NCBI GenBank assembly: GCA_963829055.1
Contig: CAWHHI010000004.1
Span: 32,001 to 96,000, forward strand
DNA: 64,000 bases
Direction: 5' to 3'
Source of the DNA: an uncultured Gemmatimonadaceae bacterium
GTDB taxonomy: Bacteria > Gemmatimonadota > Gemmatimonadetes > Gemmatimonadales > Gemmatimonadaceae
The position numbers and the translations under genes are program-made. This document shows, one piece after another, positions 61,316-64,000 of the stretch (the first letter of the stretch is position 1; the number at the start of each line of letters is the position of its first letter). The notes beneath the pieces were generated by a model. The model was not told where the DNA came from. It saw nothing but the letters and a program-made list of their open reading frames with translations, and ran no database searches.

Positions 61316-62884
61316 ATGTCCACCCCAGCATCTCCCGTCGAGTCGGGGGCCATTCTGCACGCCCTCGCGGGCGCGTTGTCGGACGTCGTGGTCGTCCTCG
61401 ATCGCGACGGGCGCTATCTGGATGTCGTTACCGGTCGCGGGGACCTGCTCGTGCGGCCCGCCAACGAGCTGCGGGGACGCCGGGTCCACGATGTCTTCCC
61501 GGAGCACACCGCCGACCTGTTCACGCGCTGGATTCATCAGGTCCTCGACGGCGGCCGACGTGTGGAGGAGGAGTACGAAGCGGAGATCGGCGGTCGGCCC
61601 ATGTGGTTCGCCGCGATCGTCGCCCCCATGTCCGAAACGACGGTCCTCTGGATCGCGCGCGACATCACCGAGCGAAAGGCGCTCGAGGCGCAGCTCCGGC
61701 AGTCGGCGAAGATGGAAGCCGTCGGGCGACTCGCCGGCGGCGTTGCGCACGATTTCAACAACCTGCTCACCGCCATCTCGACCAACGCCTATCTCGCGCT
61801 GACCGGCGTGCGGAACGCCCAGGACGTGACCGAGGAGCTCGGGCAGATCAAATGCGCCTCCGATCGCGCCGCGGGTCTGACGCGCCAACTGCTCGCCTTC
61901 AGCCGGAAGCAGATGCTGCAGCCCCGCGTGCTGCACATCAACGAGGCCGTCCGCGAAGCGAGTGGACTGCTGCAGCGCGTGATCGGCGAGGACGTACAGC
62001 TCGCGTGCGCTCTCGATCCGAGCACCTGGCCTGTTGTGGCGGACGAAGGGCAACTGAGCCAGGTCGTGATGAATCTCGCGGTCAACGCGCGCGATGCGAT
62101 GCCCAGCGGCGGCACGCTCGCCATCACCACCGGCAACATTGACGTCACGGATCGCCTCGCGGCGCGGCAGCGTGGGCTCCCTCGCGGTGAGTACGTCGTA
62201 CTGACGATGCGCGACACCGGGACCGGAATGGATCGGAGCACGCAGGAGCGCATCTTCGAGCCGTTCTTCACGACCAAGGAGCAGGGCAAGGGTACGGGGC
62301 TCGGGTTGTCGACGGTGTACGGGATCGTCAAACAGTCCAACGGCCATATCCAGGTGGCGAGCGCGCCAGGCCAGGGTACGGCGTTCTGGATCTTCCTGCC
62401 TCGCGCGGTCGCCGATCCCGCGCCAACGGCCGCCGCCGAGCCGCGCGGACCGGAGCGCACGTCGATCGACGCGACGGTGCTCATCGTCGAAGACGAGCCG
62501 CAGGTACGCGCCGCCGCTGCTCGCGTGCTGCGCCGGTACGGCTACACGGTGCTCGAGTGTCAGAACGGGCTCGAGGCTCTCGCCACCTGGTCCGAGCGTC
62601 GACACGACGTCTCGCTCATCATCACGGACGTCGTCATGCCCCAGTTAGGCGGCCGTGAGTTGGTGCGGCGTCTGCGCGACGAGGGCGCGACGGTCCCCGT
62701 GCTCTTTATTTCCGGGTACGCGGAGGGCGCGACGCCCGAGCGGATGGACGTGTCGGGACGAAGCGCGTTCCTGGCCAAGCCGTTCGACATTGGTGTGTTC
62801 GTGCGCCTCGCCGGCGAGTTGATCCAGGGGGTGGTGTCGCGCCACACCGGATCGCGGCCGCCGTTGCGGAGGATTCGGGCGTGA
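61316..62884 (+). CDS. PAS-domain hybrid sensor histidine kinase / response regulator (CckA-like architecture)
   Basis: [45 protein letters not shown]; receiver LIVEDE..TDVVMP..ISGY..KPF. Confidence 0.95.
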   Translation: MSTPASPVESGAILHALAGALSDVVVVLDRDGRYLDVVTGRGDLLVRPANELRGRRVHDVFPEHTADLFTRWIHQVLDGGRRVEEEYEAEIGGRPMWFAAIVAPMSETTVLWIARDITERKALEAQLRQSAKMEAVGRLAGGVAHDFNNLLTAISTNAYLALTGVRNAQDVTEELGQIKCASDRAAGLTRQLLAFSRKQMLQPRVLHINEAVREASGLLQRVIGEDVQLACALDPSTWPVVADEGQLSQVVMNLAVNARDAMPSGGTLAITTGNIDVTDRLAARQRGLPRGEYVVLTMRDTGTGMDRSTQERIFEPFFTTKEQGKGTGLGLSTVYGIVKQSNGHIQVASAPGQGTAFWIFLPRAVADPAPTAAAEPRGPERTSIDATVLIVEDEPQVRAAAARVLRRYGYTVLECQNGLEALATWSERRHDVSLIITDVVMPQLGGRELVRRLRDEGATVPVLFISGYAEGATPERMDVSGRSAFLAKPFDIGVFVRLAGELIQGVVSRHTGSRPPLRRIRA

Positions 62885-62899
62885 CTGCCGCGGTGCGCG

Positions 62900-63637
62900 A
62901 TGCGAGTGAGCCCAGTGACGCGCTCGATCGGCGACGTTGCAGCACCAGCTACGCCGACCGGCGTCATGGGTGAGTCGATCGACGAGCTTCGCGGTCGAGT
63001 GGTGCAGGAGGCGGCGAGCGCGCTCGACGCCGACCGTGGCTATGGGCTCGAGGCGGTCGTACTGATCCTGCTCGAAGCGCTGCTCCGGGGCGGCCCGTTC
63101 GACCGCGCGGTATTCGCGCTCGCGAACGCCGAGCGGACGATGGTCGAAGGTCGGCTCGGGTTGGGCGCCGGTGCGGACAAGCTGGTCGCGCGGCTCCGCG
63201 TGTCCACGCGGTCGGCGCCCGTGTCGATCGCGCTCGAGTGGCGCCGTGCGGCGTTGCGAACGGTGGAGCGCGCGTTGACGGACGACGAGGCGAGGTGGTG
63301 CAATGCCGTTGGTGCGACGGCGTTCGGTGTCGCTCCGCTCACCATCGACGGCAAGTTGGTCGGATGTCTCTATGCCGACTGTCTGAGTGCGTGCAAAGCG
63401 GCGGAAGCCACCGGCCCGTTCCTCGAAACCGTCGCCAGTCTCACGTCGCGGGCATCGCGTCGCGGCGGCGTCCCGAGGAGAAGGAACATCGCGTCGAGAG
63501 AAGAGTCCGTCGCATGCCCGCGCGCGGCGCGTTCACTCGCAGGAGCGCGGAGCCGGCGCGCGACACGGCGTCCGTCGATCAGAATGCAGGCGCGGTCCGC
63601 CGTCGAACTCGTCCAGCGGTCGCGTGCAGCGCCGTAG
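62900..63637 (+). CDS. Probable stand-alone GAF-like domain protein (3' end uncertain)
   Basis: LEALLRGGPFDRAVF, GRLGLG, FGVAPL.IDGKLVGCLYAD. Confidence 0.6.
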   Translation: MRVSPVTRSIGDVAAPATPTGVMGESIDELRGRVVQEAASALDADRGYGLEAVVLILLEALLRGGPFDRAVFALANAERTMVEGRLGLGAGADKLVARLRVSTRSAPVSIALEWRRAALRTVERALTDDEARWCNAVGATAFGVAPLTIDGKLVGCLYADCLSACKAAEATGPFLETVASLTSRASRRGGVPRRRNIASREESVACPRAARSLAGARSRRATRRPSIRMQARSAVELVQRSRAAP

Positions 63638-64000
63638 GCGCGGAGACCAGACCGGCACGTCGAAGCTCCGCTGCCGGCTGCGCGCGACGGCGCCCTCGTC
63701 TACCACCGGCCGGAAACGAAGCTCGTAGCCGACGTGGCGGCGCGTCGAGCGGTCGAGGAGGTTGACGGCGTCTGGAAGTGAGCGAGCACAAACGGCGTAC
63801 GGCCGTTTCGGTTGTCCCCGGAACTCCGCCTTCGAGTATCGGCCAGTCGGGGCCGGACATTCGCGTGGGTGGCGCGCGATTTCATCGTCTGCGCGCTGGT
63901 CCCGCCGGCTCGGTTTCTGCAAAACGACGTCGTCCAACTGACGGGCACATTCGGGAGCGCATCCCAGGCGAAGGCGACGAGGACACCGGCACCTATTGAC

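Noticed and set aside
1..64000. tRNA, rRNA or riboswitch
   Set aside because: No cloverleaf, rRNA-like or recognisable riboswitch sequence found by eye; a tRNAscan/Infernal run is needed to exclude them formally.

Overview
GC-rich (roughly two-thirds G+C by eye) bacterial chromosomal window. The gene repertoire (SusC/SusD-like pair, duplicated ABC permease with PadR regulators, carboxypeptidase-regulatory-like/TonB-plug proteins, CBM48 sigma/anti-sigma locus) suggests Gemmatimonadota or a relative; this is inference. About 55 coding regions are visible, mostly peptidases and hydrolases, transporters, regulators, DNA-metabolism genes (TopIB, a stand-alone ligase DNA-binding domain, an ATL protein, a MutS-related ATPase), tyrA, a cold-shock protein and rpsU. 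At least 15 genes carry single-base frameshifts, most simply explained as long-read assembly errors. I saw no rRNA, tRNA, CRISPR array, transposase, integrase or phage gene. The strongest signal lies outside the gene list: the non-palindromic octamer CGTTAGGC/GCCTAACG occurs at least 44 times exactly by manual count (about 2-3 expected from base composition), on both strands, inside genes via rare TTA/CTA codons, and (counting last-base variants) supplying the stop codon of about nine genes. It resembles a HIP1- or uptake-sequence-like genome signature. Intergenic DNA also holds several families of REP/MITE-like palindromic elements and mirrored heptamer tandem repeats. All functional calls come from motif recognition by eye; no database search was run.
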